Virus record (IMG/VR): IMGVR_UViG_3300020438_002794
Span: 23,130 to 87,129 of that record
Direction: 5' to 3' (one strand)
Source of the DNA: a virus
Length of the DNA stretch: 64,000 nt
Shown: in pieces, positions 39,801 to 48,380 of the stretch
Numbering within the stretch: the first letter of the stretch is position 1
Layout: each line of letters begins with the position of its first letter
Notes under the pieces: generated by a model
Told to the model about the DNA's origin: nothing
Database searches by the model: none
What the model saw: the letters and a program-made list of their open reading frames with translations, nothing else
Position numbers and translations under genes: made by a program

Positions 39801-42104
39801 TCCAAATTCTTTGAATATATTATAGTATCTATCACCAACAAAACTTTCATGTCCAACATCTACCCTCAGAGGTACGCTAGAATCACTAATTACTTTTCTA
39901 ATTTGTTTGCTTATTTGTTGTCCATTTCTCAGAGGTGTCCAACCATTATGATAACGACTATTTGTAAAGTATTTGTAATAGTAATAGCCTTTAATTTCTT
40001 CTTGGTTACTCTTAGATAAGTCTGTGCTTTGATTTACATATGTAAATCTTTTGTTTAGTAAATCTGCATCAAAGTTAAGTCCTGGATTATTTCCATAGTC
40101 AACATATTCTGGAACAAAACCCAATGCATCATCATAGCTTCCAGTATCACTGTGTACAAAGTCAAATATAGTACTACCAAAAAAGTCACTGTTTGGATAT
40201 GTGTTATCATCATCTAGTTTAACTAGATTAGTATCATATAGCTGTACTTTCATACCTTGACTTCTATGTTGTTTTTGTTGACCGTAAATCCATGTTGTGC
40301 CATTCCAAAATATTTCAGAGCCGCTAAACGGAAAAGTTCGATCACTTATACCACCGTCAGTGTCTTCGTAATTATATCCGTTTAATATTACAATTTTATC
40401 TCCACTGAGTAACTGTGTTGCACTGTTAGTTCCATCATCATTATATCTTTCAGTGAGAACAATACTTGTTCCTACACCAGATACTTCAAATATTTTGTCT
40501 TTGTATGCGTTGTTTGTGGATTCTAAGAACAATATAAAATCGCCATCTTCTAATTCAACTGGAACAATTTGTTCCCAAAATTGTCTGTTTTCTCCATGTA
40601 TTGGATTGCGTAATTCACCATGTGCTTGTACACATTCCCAGAATGTAATTACTAAGTTAGGTGCTACACCACTAGTAACTTTAACTTTGTCTCTGAAACT
40701 ATAACCTTTGTTGGACCATTCTTCAGTAAATGATCCGGGTTTTAAATTGTATGATGTTTTTCCTACTATAAGTGTTGCAGGATCAATGTCGTCATTTAGT
40801 ACATGATCTACATTTAAAATATGCCTTGTACCTGTATTATATTTTTCTAATCCAGCTTTGTATTCAATAATAGGTCTTACTGCTCTATATCTGTCTAGTG
40901 CATAAAGATCGTCCTTAACATTTGCATAGCCATCGTATATTAAACTATTAGCAATAGTTTGTTCATGTACCCAAAGATTTGAACGTGACCATGCATTCTT
41001 GTCTGGACCAGTACGCTGTTCACATGTATAATCTCTAGTGGTCATTCTATGTTCTCTGAGATCGTACTTTTTAAAGTCAAATGCAAATTGGTCAGCATCA
41101 AAGCCAGCCGGTTCTTGGCTACTATAAGTTGTTATATTAGCCCATACTCTTTTTCCTTGTGTTCCTTCATATTGTCCTGGTTCAAACTGTTTTGTTAATT
41201 GAATACCGTCGGGATCACCTACTCCGTCTACAATATAAATTGCATCGTTCAAATAATCGCCTGATGTAGAGAACGAATAGAATGTGTGTATTTCTACTTC
41301 TTCATTAAGTGCCGGAGCAGTTGTCAATGTTACTACACCAGTTACTGAATTATATGTATATGCACTTGTTGGTTGTCTTACGTTATTAACATATACTTTG
41401 TTTCTAACGGCACCAGTTACCGAGGCTGTAAAAGTCTGATTACCTAATACAGTTTGTATAAATCTGTCAACGGTGTGTGGATTAAATCTAATACGCATGC
41501 CATTTTCAAACGCAAGTGCTCTACCATTTTTCTGTATAGGAGTTGTATATGTAGTTTCTCCAATAATAGTATCAATATCAAATGAGCTTGTATAATGTAA
41601 AGGACTTGGGGGTAGCACGTCTAATACCCAATAATACCTATGATGATTTATAAACATATCTAAGTTAATTGGTAAGTCAAGTGTAAATGCAGTTTCATTT
41701 AGTATTTTGTTATGATTATTTGTATTGACTTCATTGTACTTTAAACTGCGAATTAAATCATCATAAGCTAGTGCTTGGTCAATACTAGAATCGTCATTTT
41801 TGTTAATCATACCTGGAGTAAATTGATAAGTGTCATTGCTTCTACCATCAACTAGATAGCTATCATCTAAACTAGGAGTAAATTTATCATTACCTACAGT
41901 TTTACCAACAAAATGTTTGACAGGTTCTAAGCTACCACTTGCCATCAACTGTTCAAATGTACTATCAAAAAATTGCTTGTTTACGGTTGTTTGTAAAATA
42001 TCAGGTAATAGTTCACTTACTCTTCTACTTCCAGTTTTTTGTAAACTTTCTCCAGGTCGAGTAATTTTAGGAACTATAGTTGGATTAGTTTTGCGTTCGC
42101 TCAT
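30810..42104 (-). CDS. Giant baseplate structural protein (gp7/wedge-initiator-like), 3764 aa
   Basis: Follows gp6; N-term LLPDILQT, YRGT and KPFHT motifs, GSGY repeat, beta-rich repeats, CBM5/12-like W-x(4-5)-Y motifs. Confidence 0.75.
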   Translation of the reverse strand: MSERKTNPTIVPKITRPGESLQKTGSRRVSELLPDILQTTVNKQFFDSTFEQLMASGSLEPVKHFVGKTVGNDKFTPSLDDSYLVDGRSNDTYQFTPGMINKNDDSSIDQALAYDDLIRSLKYNEVNTNNHNKILNETAFTLDLPINLDMFINHHRYYWVLDVLPPSPLHYTSSFDIDTIIGETTYTTPIQKNGRALAFENGMRIRFNPHTVDRFIQTVLGNQTFTASVTGAVRNKVYVNNVRQPTSAYTYNSVTGVVTLTTAPALNEEVEIHTFYSFSTSGDYLNDAIYIVDGVGDPDGIQLTKQFEPGQYEGTQGKRVWANITTYSSQEPAGFDADQFAFDFKKYDLREHRMTTRDYTCEQRTGPDKNAWSRSNLWVHEQTIANSLIYDGYANVKDDLYALDRYRAVRPIIEYKAGLEKYNTGTRHILNVDHVLNDDIDPATLIVGKTSYNLKPGSFTEEWSNKGYSFRDKVKVTSGVAPNLVITFWECVQAHGELRNPIHGENRQFWEQIVPVELEDGDFILFLESTNNAYKDKIFEVSGVGTSIVLTERYNDDGTNSATQLLSGDKIVILNGYNYEDTDGGISDRTFPFSGSEIFWNGTTWIYGQQKQHRSQGMKVQLYDTNLVKLDDDNTYPNSDFFGSTIFDFVHSDTGSYDDALGFVPEYVDYGNNPGLNFDADLLNKRFTYVNQSTDLSKSNQEEIKGYYYYKYFTNSRYHNGWTPLRNGQQISKQIRKVISDSSVPLRVDVGHESFVGDRYYNIFKEFGLLGVSSQPSSSVLSGRVQRIGGKLPTLFFHYSNTYTINTLFPQAEIEFVNMDGTAISTGLTRTAGTNNKFEIQVGTPTVNSIKYRLVADPTNFGVIFLNDNPSETNVTVLKNGEPFTNFSHTGDIISITSGLTKDDIYEFSFFSKKNYRTTGEGDFEPAHTQVHNAQNLDFSKISYGDLIQHFSNQMTSNPLFTGNWYGTNNYRNIVQVNDIGGTIRQQPYSTELLNQLLVDVSTNPYSALQFASSNYEQFKEKFKRKIVQLHESLDQTLPIYTLVDKTLEALNLGKNADSSFAHSEMAMYRDYKSIDVSWILDQTPVFDLPEAVNNYDDTFNHVQVWIQIPDSNGNHSWKSLVKGLDYLINQNRVTIIAPGINSFPGTGLNNAHIRWYKRNSVSFVPPSAVKLGLIKPYVPELRADYSVDSDGSFTGNVVLGHDGSVYVRQGTEMYNRQQAGFNPVDAGIWDLENRIYNNLGADLSQTVNVSTYFPNAHRPAVYTWDELNNSIRSEFNKYKSENNITVLNSSTYYDINDKWTWNYSSVGPGIGGWRGIYTYYFNTERPHTHPWEMLGHNSKPTWWDANYSWIDLTKRAALLLALQDGQTSDPALGANNQTYDINYAYKNYDWNNNTLVTTGGVMNDPDTANVVPTPSSDKASEDFVYGDFGPVEAEWRRSSAGKLALVLAFLRTRPLIVLNNYFRTARRQVKNLAGYDHPQEIDTDKLKLDSWKNTNLSGSSITGKIIESIKIINPGSGYTIAPDVTVNDNFGINGEVTVFVENGSIRSASVTKQGEQYFNRPLLGIATGGAELDPILAENATHYYNGLSNAVIEFSNLYGTGADTLRNRLENLSFQPMIKAGGFVNRNNQFILESSQDKGRVFVPEENISTVMYTSKPDVEFFFGGIKISKTANGYTLNGFDNSLSYFVYNKPKTATPGISVQFQGTNKITVLRYRTFEEITTQLDYNTELRSIQEVYNFISGYGHYLNNLGFTQQWRSSAANFVTWAIGNSTTDITLIPNDTKIIVNDGADGYFDNINKKYDGVYNIINEKGKQISSTDLIIDRKSMEPDSETVFQVKDADSVRLYGIRLYKVQLEHAFVFDNITNFDDVIYDSSIAQRHNRIVWRGSRTKDWNGKLYSPGYIVDENTVIPNYDTVAREVDQYLGRTNTLSNKQLSDIARFNAGYNKPDWSKNLDFDDDTLYEFVKGSYKYRGTDHALTAFMRNQELFDGQASAELLEQWAIRTADFGDTSTRGTLEFQITPDLLKTSPQPVRISAGQKFDVLSDIVIDIDATSPLKVHDSTENNFLTRPVNTFKDSSDELFAQDYTTAGLPLLSEADYKVINKEDFEQFPEEVKESYDHSGDWQDIGIWDSNVSYKFNEKVLHKGKTWSMIDEDGASGIATASDPIELKGTVQLPVIPSTGQTLVIDGNTITLSKSATSTTTNVIQVPGTVNIASTNVVPHGSTLILGSSSTINTTVTFSNIVSTTTFVDIEKIGSTINPTIQGSATATLIIDGTTVNFNDPQSANTNITAQQAYENSFNTSWIQNQSSISSSATTRIQRIEGLRAAYIASNSAAAWTTWITTYYTNNAGLNISHLLTLIQGGGSTQQPAEFLLDQDLVIINNIKGTSYVGTQVISGAQIVGSSDITDSQGAMNNGTYTDDIATYLKDSANASTTFAPSTVVVSITTPGFKLYTLTDIVQEINDAGISNVTASADASSRLKITKTTNTPAVTFTLTISVGTENANVGFSTATESISSSSNTQNLELPLSLQQTIDQINDAGISGITASAGTSNTNVLQINSTLANLFIGIGTANSPIGLPSGLVPASTTTATSNVGLNIIDIVEKINNANIIGVSATNASNKLRLTSTNSTMVIGAGTANTTVGITAQTLSATQSATSAVFEAIVDSNGNPVFTKDTNDPNIFAIWVADDSEFGSYNLGYQVYQTMDFGIYTFDICAGPDAGDDAEIKVNRQTGDVQAHNLSVGDYILIRGSNSVPNIDGIHKVTKVSNQTNKFYIDEFIEQNGSTGNIYPLRKMRFPTYAALEADRQIKINDVYKYNFAGVRQALSANPIYAYVDDDGTGQSAVYSWTGTWSDTNGHIGSWKQVRTGIAQARNDLIENIKLYDAEKQSTITTLEVFDPAKGIIFGFVDKEIDYKITNDIANYNFNNIDGSITNDEQWGREYLGARWWNTSTAVYLDYEQSTVDYQQNNWGKLFDGSSIDIYEWTASPVPPEQWSELVTQKAIVDNKEASGEAYSVTINGQTVYNWTEENYYNEASKQTETVYYFWIKNKTNSIRNSNYNVFQLAQIMLNPNAFDLSWSAQAGDDTLLLANIRNFVNKDTVAQLNQKNVDLALPMQDWVMLAEKDPNITIPEYLHVKIRDSLAGFNRFSVDKPYTTWNNTTVYADDQVVKEGTDFYISLQANNQGNQPSLDTDMSHWSRVYDYNFIEDTQADDISVWRGQPVPDLKLHKYNRYGFQTRPRQSLFRDVKEARQNFVHSVNSLLSTVNVIDEINNWENAFTDAFTEGVVTYKIKDYTNLVDWHLVETDTDGNETFRFNPNTVADIVYNTRTDYVNAGDPVDGSYILVKSTSPGADIDRSEMYYYINGEDKLVFKEKATVQLSEEIWNQSKFGNGFDAIGLDVTPFDACSDNVISRLMDLLRSEIFIGTHHVKYNQMWFKLLFTAILQNTADDFAFKTTFAHLGIKRPLLINKDKYQSYDINVVEEYVNSIKPFHTKLLSSMESNTHGESTNIEIEDIERNSVITLNYEDHSIRSWEGDTILLGGDFTSTPTGDIDQSEFTTANASFSDDYNGNVFQQAVLEGFGEELVATDFTENINILVQTNASGSTVTSDSRAFRMAYYMPTNIQESNAIVDAQKTTTTADINTTDTTIPVTDATVLDDPNITLGANPGVVYIGNERIEYNAVDGNNLLFCTRGTLGTSAVEHTSGASVINSGQTTKIPTVDKFSHYGDGLRLAYNDSGISLSATGTTPEHAFIRNVGKGTI
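34140..34740 (-). repeat. Three degenerate ~70-aa protein repeats inside the giant protein
   Basis: IVQEINDAGISNVTASA / TIDQINDAGISGITASA / IVEKINNANIIGVSAT, each followed by L-x-I/L-T/N and G-T-x-N. Confidence 0.75.
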
Positions 42105-45100
42105 TAGTAACCTCCGCCGGATGAAGAACCAGAACTGGATGTTGATGAAGTATTACCAGTAATATTTTCACCTATTGTTGTTAGGTTTGCTATACTAGTA
42201 CCAGTTACTGAAATATTATTTGATTTTACAACTGGAAGAAATAGTTCATCACTGCTACTGCTTATTTCAAATAGTGCAATACTATTATTTGGATTAGCAA
42301 CACTTTCGATTGTAATTTGACTGATCTCGCCGATCATGTTATTGTGAATAAATGCCGCCATTTCAGTAAAGTAAAAATCTTCTCCAAAGTCCCAATTATC
42401 AATATTAAAGTATGTATCAATTAAATTGATTACTCTTTGTTTAATTTCTGTATCACTAAGTGTAGTGTTTGAAGTTTTAGTTACATTAAATTTAGCTTGT
42501 AGTTCTCCACTTGCTAAATCTCCAAACAGTATTTTATATTTAACAGGTCTGTATATCACTTGATCACTGATACTCTTTTTGCTGTTTAAGCTGTCAAATG
42601 TATCAGTAAGTTCACTTATAGTTGGTGCATTAGGTCTAGTTTCAGGTCTAGTATCATATAACGCCCAATTTCTAAATCTAGTATTATAACTGTCTAATAA
42701 CACATAGGTATCTATAATATTAGTTGTGCTTGGGTCAATCAATTGATTGATGTCGGCTATTCTATTATACTGTGTATGCAAACTACCTACGCCACTTACA
42801 ACTGTGGTTCCATCTACTTCATCTTGCACAGTATAATTAAAACCATCTACAGTTTTAGTACCCAGCTTAATTGTCTGTGATCCTACAATTTTTTCAAATG
42901 CTTCTGGGTCATTTGGGTATCCGTCATTGTTCGGATCTGAAAGTGTAACTCTTAAATTGTGAGGATCCGAATATCCGTCTGCGTATGTAAAGTATCCATA
43001 AGCATTAAATTGAAAATCTCTACCAATTGGATTGGGATCTATTTCACTTGTAGGATTGATACTTAATATTTTTACGTTATCTCTGAGAGGTTTAAGTGTT
43101 TCGCTACTAAATGTTTCTGAAAAATTTAAATTAGTAAATTTAAGTTTCTTAGGACTTCCAACTACAAACTGTGTTTTTCTAGTTAGCATTTCCCATTCGT
43201 TTACACCATAGTTAAGTCTAATTACCCAGCTGTTATCAATACCAGTACTGCTTCCATCACCTGCGTATTGTAAACTAAAGTTAGATGCATCATTTAATAA
43301 TTCACTGTTAACTGATAAGTTAGCACTTTCAATTATAATCCATTTTTGACTTGCCGCATTATAACGCAACCCAAAACTATTGTTGCTGTTAATCTTAGCA
43401 ATAACATTTGTTCTTGTTGTTGCATCTAAATCTGTACTGAGTCTCGGAACTAGTCGGCGTATTCTACTGCCACTTCCTACTACTTCACTTAAAACAATAC
43501 TACCTTTTCCTGTATTGTCAATACCTGTTGGAGTACCAGCACTATCATCGTCTCCTAATCCATCTTTATAAAGTCTATCTACTTTAACCCATTTTGTTTT
43601 TGCATCAAGTATTGTACCTTTTATAGTTGCGCCTGTTCCGCCGCCGCCTGTGATACTAATATTAGTACTTTGATCGTATCCACTACCAGCGTCTGTAATA
43701 GCTACAGTAGTTACTGCACCATTTGCTATTGTGCAAGTTGCTGTAGCACCTGTACCTTTACCAGTAATAGTAACTGTTGGTGTGCTGGTATATCCACTTC
43801 CTCCGGAGGTTACACTAGCACTACTGATATATCCTATCTTATATGGTGCATCGATAAATTCTACCAATCCGTTAATGTCTGCTTTTTTAAGTACACTGGT
43901 AGTTGTTTGTCCTATTCTTTGAATAATACTGTTATAAGTTATATAACCACTACAAGTCCCGCTTCCTTTTGTTATTTGATTCCATCGGTATACATTATTG
44001 TCAGTGCCATCATTATTAAAAAATACTATACCGTCGGTAGTATCATTAAAGTCTTTAAATGCATTGTGCGTTGCTGAACTATATCCTTGTCTATTGTAAT
44101 AAAAATTAAATATTTCTGGATCAGCTAGTACTGGTTTAACAAACTTGTCATATATTTGTGTGCCGTTTAAACTTGTAGGCAAACTTACAACACTTCTAGT
44201 TGTAGCTCCTTTATCATAAAGATACACATCATCAGCATACTGTGTTGCATCACTATATGTTGCTGTAGGATCATATATGTCACGGAATCTGCTGTGACCG
44301 CTGTGTACTCTGTTTACACTTTTAATTTTGCGAATGTTTTCACTAGCTGTAAGAGGAGCAATAGAATAATCATCTGCTGTTACCATTCTATCTTGTGTTG
44401 TAAAGAAGCGAGGAGCGTTTGCTTTAATACTAGCAAGACTTTCTCTTTCACTTGCGTTACTTACTACACTTTTCAAACTACATTTAAATTTTGCTTGATG
44501 TGTATTTCCACTTCTGCTAAGATATGTAACATTAAATCCAATACTGTTAAAACTGTCAGGTGTTAGATTGTATGTTCTGTTTAATCCTGTTCTATACCAA
44601 ACTCTGATAATTCCACGTGGAATATTACCAAATCTACCATCTGCAAAGAGTATGCTAATCTGATCATTCTCTCTGCTACTGATACTGTAAATATCTCTAA
44701 TTTTATTTTGTCTTGCATTAAACAATGTGTTAGCGCCAAACAGTCTATCAACTCTACTCCATGTTTTTAATACTTGACCTACTTCGTCTACAGTCTGAAC
44801 CCACACTTCACCGTTAGCAACATTATCACTGTTAATATCAACTGCTAAATTTGGTAGTCCGTTGTCAATTTGAAAGTCTTTAAAGTTTAGTGTTCCTTGT
44901 TTAAAGCCTACAAAGAAACCAGTGTTTGGTGAACCAAACCCACTATTGTCATTTCTATAAAGTAAGTCAACGTTTGTGTAAGGATCAGGATCTTTTTCTA
45001 TCACTGCATTTGTAGTACTGTTGATAGTTGGATTGTACAAACTAAATGTTGCATTAGCATTATTAATTTTATTTGAAAACTCTCTATTGATTTTGTTGTT

Positions 45101-45676
45101 TGTACTATTTGTTCTATAGACTTCGTTTGAGATTCCTTCAATTATTGTTTTACTAAAAGGCGATCCAAACTGACTACTGCTTTGAAAAATGCTGTTCATA
45201 ATAGCTAAAAAGTTTTGATAGCTTGCAGGGTTTGTTACATCTTCAAATTGTGTAACAACATTTGCAAGACTTTCTCCAGTAGCGTCAAATACTTGTTCGT
45301 CTGTTTGTACACTATCAATCTTTAAAAAGCCATTTGCAACAACATTTCTAGTAGGAGTATAACCTAAAAATTCAGCAATACGCAAGGCGCTTTCTCTACG
45401 TTCTGCTGTACTTAGATAATTTTCTCTTTGACCTAAATCTGCTCTAAATGCTAGGTTGTGTCCTAGGAATGCAATCAATTCAATGAGAGCTATAAATTCA
45501 CTACTATTAATATAGTCATTAAAGTTTTCTGGATAGTTTGTGCTGATGTAATCGACCATTGCTGATCTGATTGTTTCAAAATCATATGCTTTGAGATTTG
45601 CTTGAGCAAAACTTTCGTATGCTACTGTAAAATCCTCTGCGGCAAATAAACTACTTTGACGTGCGCCTTGTGCCAT
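42104..45676 (-). CDS. gp6: Baseplate wedge protein gp6-like
   Basis: YDFETIR, NYPENFND, LAFRAD..RENYLSTA, FADGRFGNIP, IKANAP..TQDRMVTADDY, WDFGE. Confidence 0.9.
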   Translation of the reverse strand: MAQGARQSSLFAAEDFTVAYESFAQANLKAYDFETIRSAMVDYISTNYPENFNDYINSSEFIALIELIAFLGHNLAFRADLGQRENYLSTAERRESALRIAEFLGYTPTRNVVANGFLKIDSVQTDEQVFDATGESLANVVTQFEDVTNPASYQNFLAIMNSIFQSSSQFGSPFSKTIIEGISNEVYRTNSTNNKINREFSNKINNANATFSLYNPTINSTTNAVIEKDPDPYTNVDLLYRNDNSGFGSPNTGFFVGFKQGTLNFKDFQIDNGLPNLAVDINSDNVANGEVWVQTVDEVGQVLKTWSRVDRLFGANTLFNARQNKIRDIYSISSRENDQISILFADGRFGNIPRGIIRVWYRTGLNRTYNLTPDSFNSIGFNVTYLSRSGNTHQAKFKCSLKSVVSNASERESLASIKANAPRFFTTQDRMVTADDYSIAPLTASENIRKIKSVNRVHSGHSRFRDIYDPTATYSDATQYADDVYLYDKGATTRSVVSLPTSLNGTQIYDKFVKPVLADPEIFNFYYNRQGYSSATHNAFKDFNDTTDGIVFFNNDGTDNNVYRWNQITKGSGTCSGYITYNSIIQRIGQTTTSVLKKADINGLVEFIDAPYKIGYISSASVTSGGSGYTSTPTVTITGKGTGATATCTIANGAVTTVAITDAGSGYDQSTNISITGGGGTGATIKGTILDAKTKWVKVDRLYKDGLGDDDSAGTPTGIDNTGKGSIVLSEVVGSGSRIRRLVPRLSTDLDATTRTNVIAKINSNNSFGLRYNAASQKWIIIESANLSVNSELLNDASNFSLQYAGDGSSTGIDNSWVIRLNYGVNEWEMLTRKTQFVVGSPKKLKFTNLNFSETFSSETLKPLRDNVKILSINPTSEIDPNPIGRDFQFNAYGYFTYADGYSDPHNLRVTLSDPNNDGYPNDPEAFEKIVGSQTIKLGTKTVDGFNYTVQDEVDGTTVVSGVGSLHTQYNRIADINQLIDPSTTNIIDTYVLLDSYNTRFRNWALYDTRPETRPNAPTISELTDTFDSLNSKKSISDQVIYRPVKYKILFGDLASGELQAKFNVTKTSNTTLSDTEIKQRVINLIDTYFNIDNWDFGEDFYFTEMAAFIHNNMIGEISQITIESVANPNNSIALFEISSSSDELFLPVVKSNNISVTGTSIANLTTIGENITGNTSSTSSSGSSSGGGY

Positions 45677-46038
45677 TATTCTTCACCTGTAAAGTTAAGC
45701 AACAGTTCTTCTGCTGTTCCTGTATCAATGTATTCTAATCTAACCTTTATCTCTAAACTATGTTCAGTGGGTTTGCTTAATAGCGTTTCCAGCACATTCC
45801 AACGTGGATCATTATTAACTATTTTGTCAACATCATCTTTTGCTTCTTGCTCGGTTATTTCATCTAAGGGTTCAAATACTAATTCAGGTAGTATACTACC
45901 AAAAGTAGGATTACCTACTCTTTCTCCACGACGAGTATAAAAGTGATTGAGTAAATCACGCTTTGCAAGGTCAGCATCTGTAAGTGTTTTTGCACCGCTG
46001 ATACTGTCTATTGTGCTATATCCGATATAGGTTACCAT
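45676..46038 (-). CDS. gp25: Baseplate wedge subunit gp25-like
   Basis: LLNHFYTRRGERVGNPTFGS..LVFEP..DPR. Confidence 0.92.
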   Translation of the reverse strand: MVTYIGYSTIDSISGAKTLTDADLAKRDLLNHFYTRRGERVGNPTFGSILPELVFEPLDEITEQEAKDDVDKIVNNDPRWNVLETLLSKPTEHSLEIKVRLEYIDTGTAEELLLNFTGEE

Positions 46039-46043
46039 ACTAT

Positions 46044-46072
46044 TATTTATGGTAAAATTAAGTACTCAGTTT
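46044..46072 (-). promoter_or_regulatory. Late promoter plus upstream conserved box
   Basis: AAACTGAGTACTTAA-N6-CATAAATA just before the gp25 start. Confidence 0.6.
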
Positions 46073-46967
46073 ATATTTTTATTGTAGTTTTTATCATATC
46101 ACCTGTATTCATGCTTTCAGTGATCGTAAGTGTAGTTCCATCAACAGTAAAGTCAAATAAATGCTGTTGAATATTATCATTTATGGTTACTGTAAGTTTT
46201 TCTATAGGAGTCATACTAGCAGATTTAGACAGTGTAAACGTATTAGTACCGCTGTATACAAAATTTTGTACTATAAGTGTATCATTATAGTCTTTAACTA
46301 TTTGTCTTTGCTTTCCTTCTGGTGTAAACGGTAAAAACTTCAATGTTTCAGCATAATAAGAAAATCTCGCTCTTCGAAGCTGATCTGTATTGAGTATGGC
46401 TTTTTCATTAACCTCTCTCATATTAAAAACGCCTCTACTTCTATACCAGGCTCTAGTTTTTGGATTTCCATAGTCTGCTAATCTTAATACAGTTGCAATT
46501 TTTATACATAATTCTTTATTAATGGTACTGTTTACTATCATGTTTGCAACAGTATCATAATCAAGTAATCTCAAGGGTTTTAGCAAATTGTATTCAATAG
46601 CGCCTTGTATACTTTGAAATAATTTGCCTGTTGCCCAATGATACAATATTATTGCGTCATATGCACTTCTACTCATAGTAGTAACATTATTAGCTATTAA
46701 CTGACTTTTAGCAAGTAACTCTTGTTTATTATACGCTTCTTGCCAAAGATCAAATGCTTGCTGTTCTGTTAGTCCTATATCATATTCACCTTCGCCGTAT
46801 GCTGTAGTATCAAATCCGTTGTAACTACTGAAAAAACCTAATGCTAATAATCTTGCATTTTCACTAGAAGTAACATTTTCTAAAGACAGTTGTGTACTGT
46901 ATGCTGTTTCATCTTTAACAGTAAAATCATTCCATATCTTTTTAAATTTGTTTTCAACTGTATCCAT
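46071..46967 (-). CDS. Degenerate GH24 lysozyme-like baseplate protein
   Basis: GLTEQQAFDL, AYDAIILY..G, DYDTVA resemble the lysozyme C-lobe; no obvious catalytic Glu motif; sits between gp5 and gp25. Confidence 0.5.
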   Translation of the reverse strand: MDTVENKFKKIWNDFTVKDETAYSTQLSLENVTSSENARLLALGFFSSYNGFDTTAYGEGEYDIGLTEQQAFDLWQEAYNKQELLAKSQLIANNVTTMSRSAYDAIILYHWATGKLFQSIQGAIEYNLLKPLRLLDYDTVANMIVNSTINKELCIKIATVLRLADYGNPKTRAWYRSRGVFNMREVNEKAILNTDQLRRARFSYYAETLKFLPFTPEGKQRQIVKDYNDTLIVQNFVYSGTNTFTLSKSASMTPIEKLTVTINDNIQQHLFDFTVDGTTLTITESMNTGDMIKTTIKI

Positions 46968-48376
46968 TATGTAAATGTTCCTGCTTTTCTCGGATTAACT
47001 GAACTTGCATTAGAGCTTGTGGCTTTTGCACTTGAGTTAGGAGATTGATTGTTGTTTATTTTACTCATATCTATATCTTTAGCAGTAAATTCAGTAGTAG
47101 CACTTGCAACCTGTGGCAACATTTCTTGTTCTTCTGCATGTCCTCCCCAAGGTTCAGCTTCTGGAACTCGACTGTTTATACTTTCTTTAACTGAGTTATT
47201 CACTGTTAAATTATTTGCTACAGTTTTAGTTGCCTCGGTAGCTTCCGGGCCGTTCAAATCAATTAATGCCGCTGTAGTCCTCATATTACCTTTAGCTCTG
47301 ATATGTCCATTTAAATCTGTCGTTAATTTAATATCTTTGTTGGCATGCAAATTAAACTCACCTGTTGCAGTTTCTATTGTTGCGCCATCTTCTCCTCTTG
47401 CTTTCATGGTAATTTTATCTGCATCTAAATTAAAATCTCCTTCACAATACAGATTGAAATCTGTTTTAGTATGCATACTAACAGCTTCTTCGGCATATAT
47501 GTCTATTTTACCATCGTTGCTCATTTGAATCCAGCTACTTCCACTTTGATTGATTATATAAATCATTCCAGTGCCGTCATGCATTAGTATTTGTGCGCCG
47601 CCTTGACTTGCAAGTCTTACTAAATTACTCAGCCCACCTTTTCTCTCCTTGTCTGGTGTTAAACAAGTATCGCTATTCGGAAGTGTTCCGTCATCCATTA
47701 CAAAACTATGTCCACCGGGCGTGTTAAATCCAAAAACCTGGGTTGGGCTTTCTCTTCGTTGACTACTACTGCTTAATCCTCTGAGGCTATCTATGCCAAC
47801 ACCTTGTCCAGTAAGAGCTTCTCCGTCTTTGGTTTTATCACTTTGTTCTTCACTGTTTTTAACAGTCATACTAGATGCTCGAGGTCTTTTATTTTTATCT
47901 TGTACTTTCTTAACACTAGGGTCTAGTGTAGGTCCTATTGTATCCGCTTCGCTGTCTACAAATGCCGCCGCATTACTAGGCACACTAGCATTCCTGGTAA
48001 CGTCAGGAAGCACACCTACCATTACACCTACATCACTGTTATTAGGAAAAGCCACTAGTATTTGACTTCCTGGTGCAGGAGGATGACTGCTCATACCGTA
48101 ACTATTTGTAGCGTTTGCGTATTGATATGATCCTCCGTATGGAGTTGCACGTCTTATACGATGATATTGCTGTCTTTCATCTTTACTATCAACGTCACCT
48201 GCATAGTTTTCACCAACAAGTTCAACATACATAAACCCTTCATATCTATCATCTACAGTATCAATAACTTTTGCGATAAACAAACCTGTGTACTTTTGAA
48301 GGCCGTTTACAGATTTAGACATATCATAACCTTTTTCAAAAGTTTGATTTATGTCGTTCATTCCTTTATATCTCAT
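46967..48376 (-). CDS. gp5: Baseplate hub/spike gp5-like (Vgr OB fold + beta-helix, no lysozyme domain)
   Basis: SYGM..PP.PG..LVAF OB region, TPGGHSFVMDDG, GAQILMHD, SWIQM..DGKIDIY, IDLNG, RVP..EPW..H. Confidence 0.85.
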   Translation of the reverse strand: MRYKGMNDINQTFEKGYDMSKSVNGLQKYTGLFIAKVIDTVDDRYEGFMYVELVGENYAGDVDSKDERQQYHRIRRATPYGGSYQYANATNSYGMSSHPPAPGSQILVAFPNNSDVGVMVGVLPDVTRNASVPSNAAAFVDSEADTIGPTLDPSVKKVQDKNKRPRASSMTVKNSEEQSDKTKDGEALTGQGVGIDSLRGLSSSSQRRESPTQVFGFNTPGGHSFVMDDGTLPNSDTCLTPDKERKGGLSNLVRLASQGGAQILMHDGTGMIYIINQSGSSWIQMSNDGKIDIYAEEAVSMHTKTDFNLYCEGDFNLDADKITMKARGEDGATIETATGEFNLHANKDIKLTTDLNGHIRAKGNMRTTAALIDLNGPEATEATKTVANNLTVNNSVKESINSRVPEAEPWGGHAEEQEMLPQVASATTEFTAKDIDMSKINNNQSPNSSAKATSSNASSVNPRKAGTFT

Positions 48377-48380
48377 ACTG

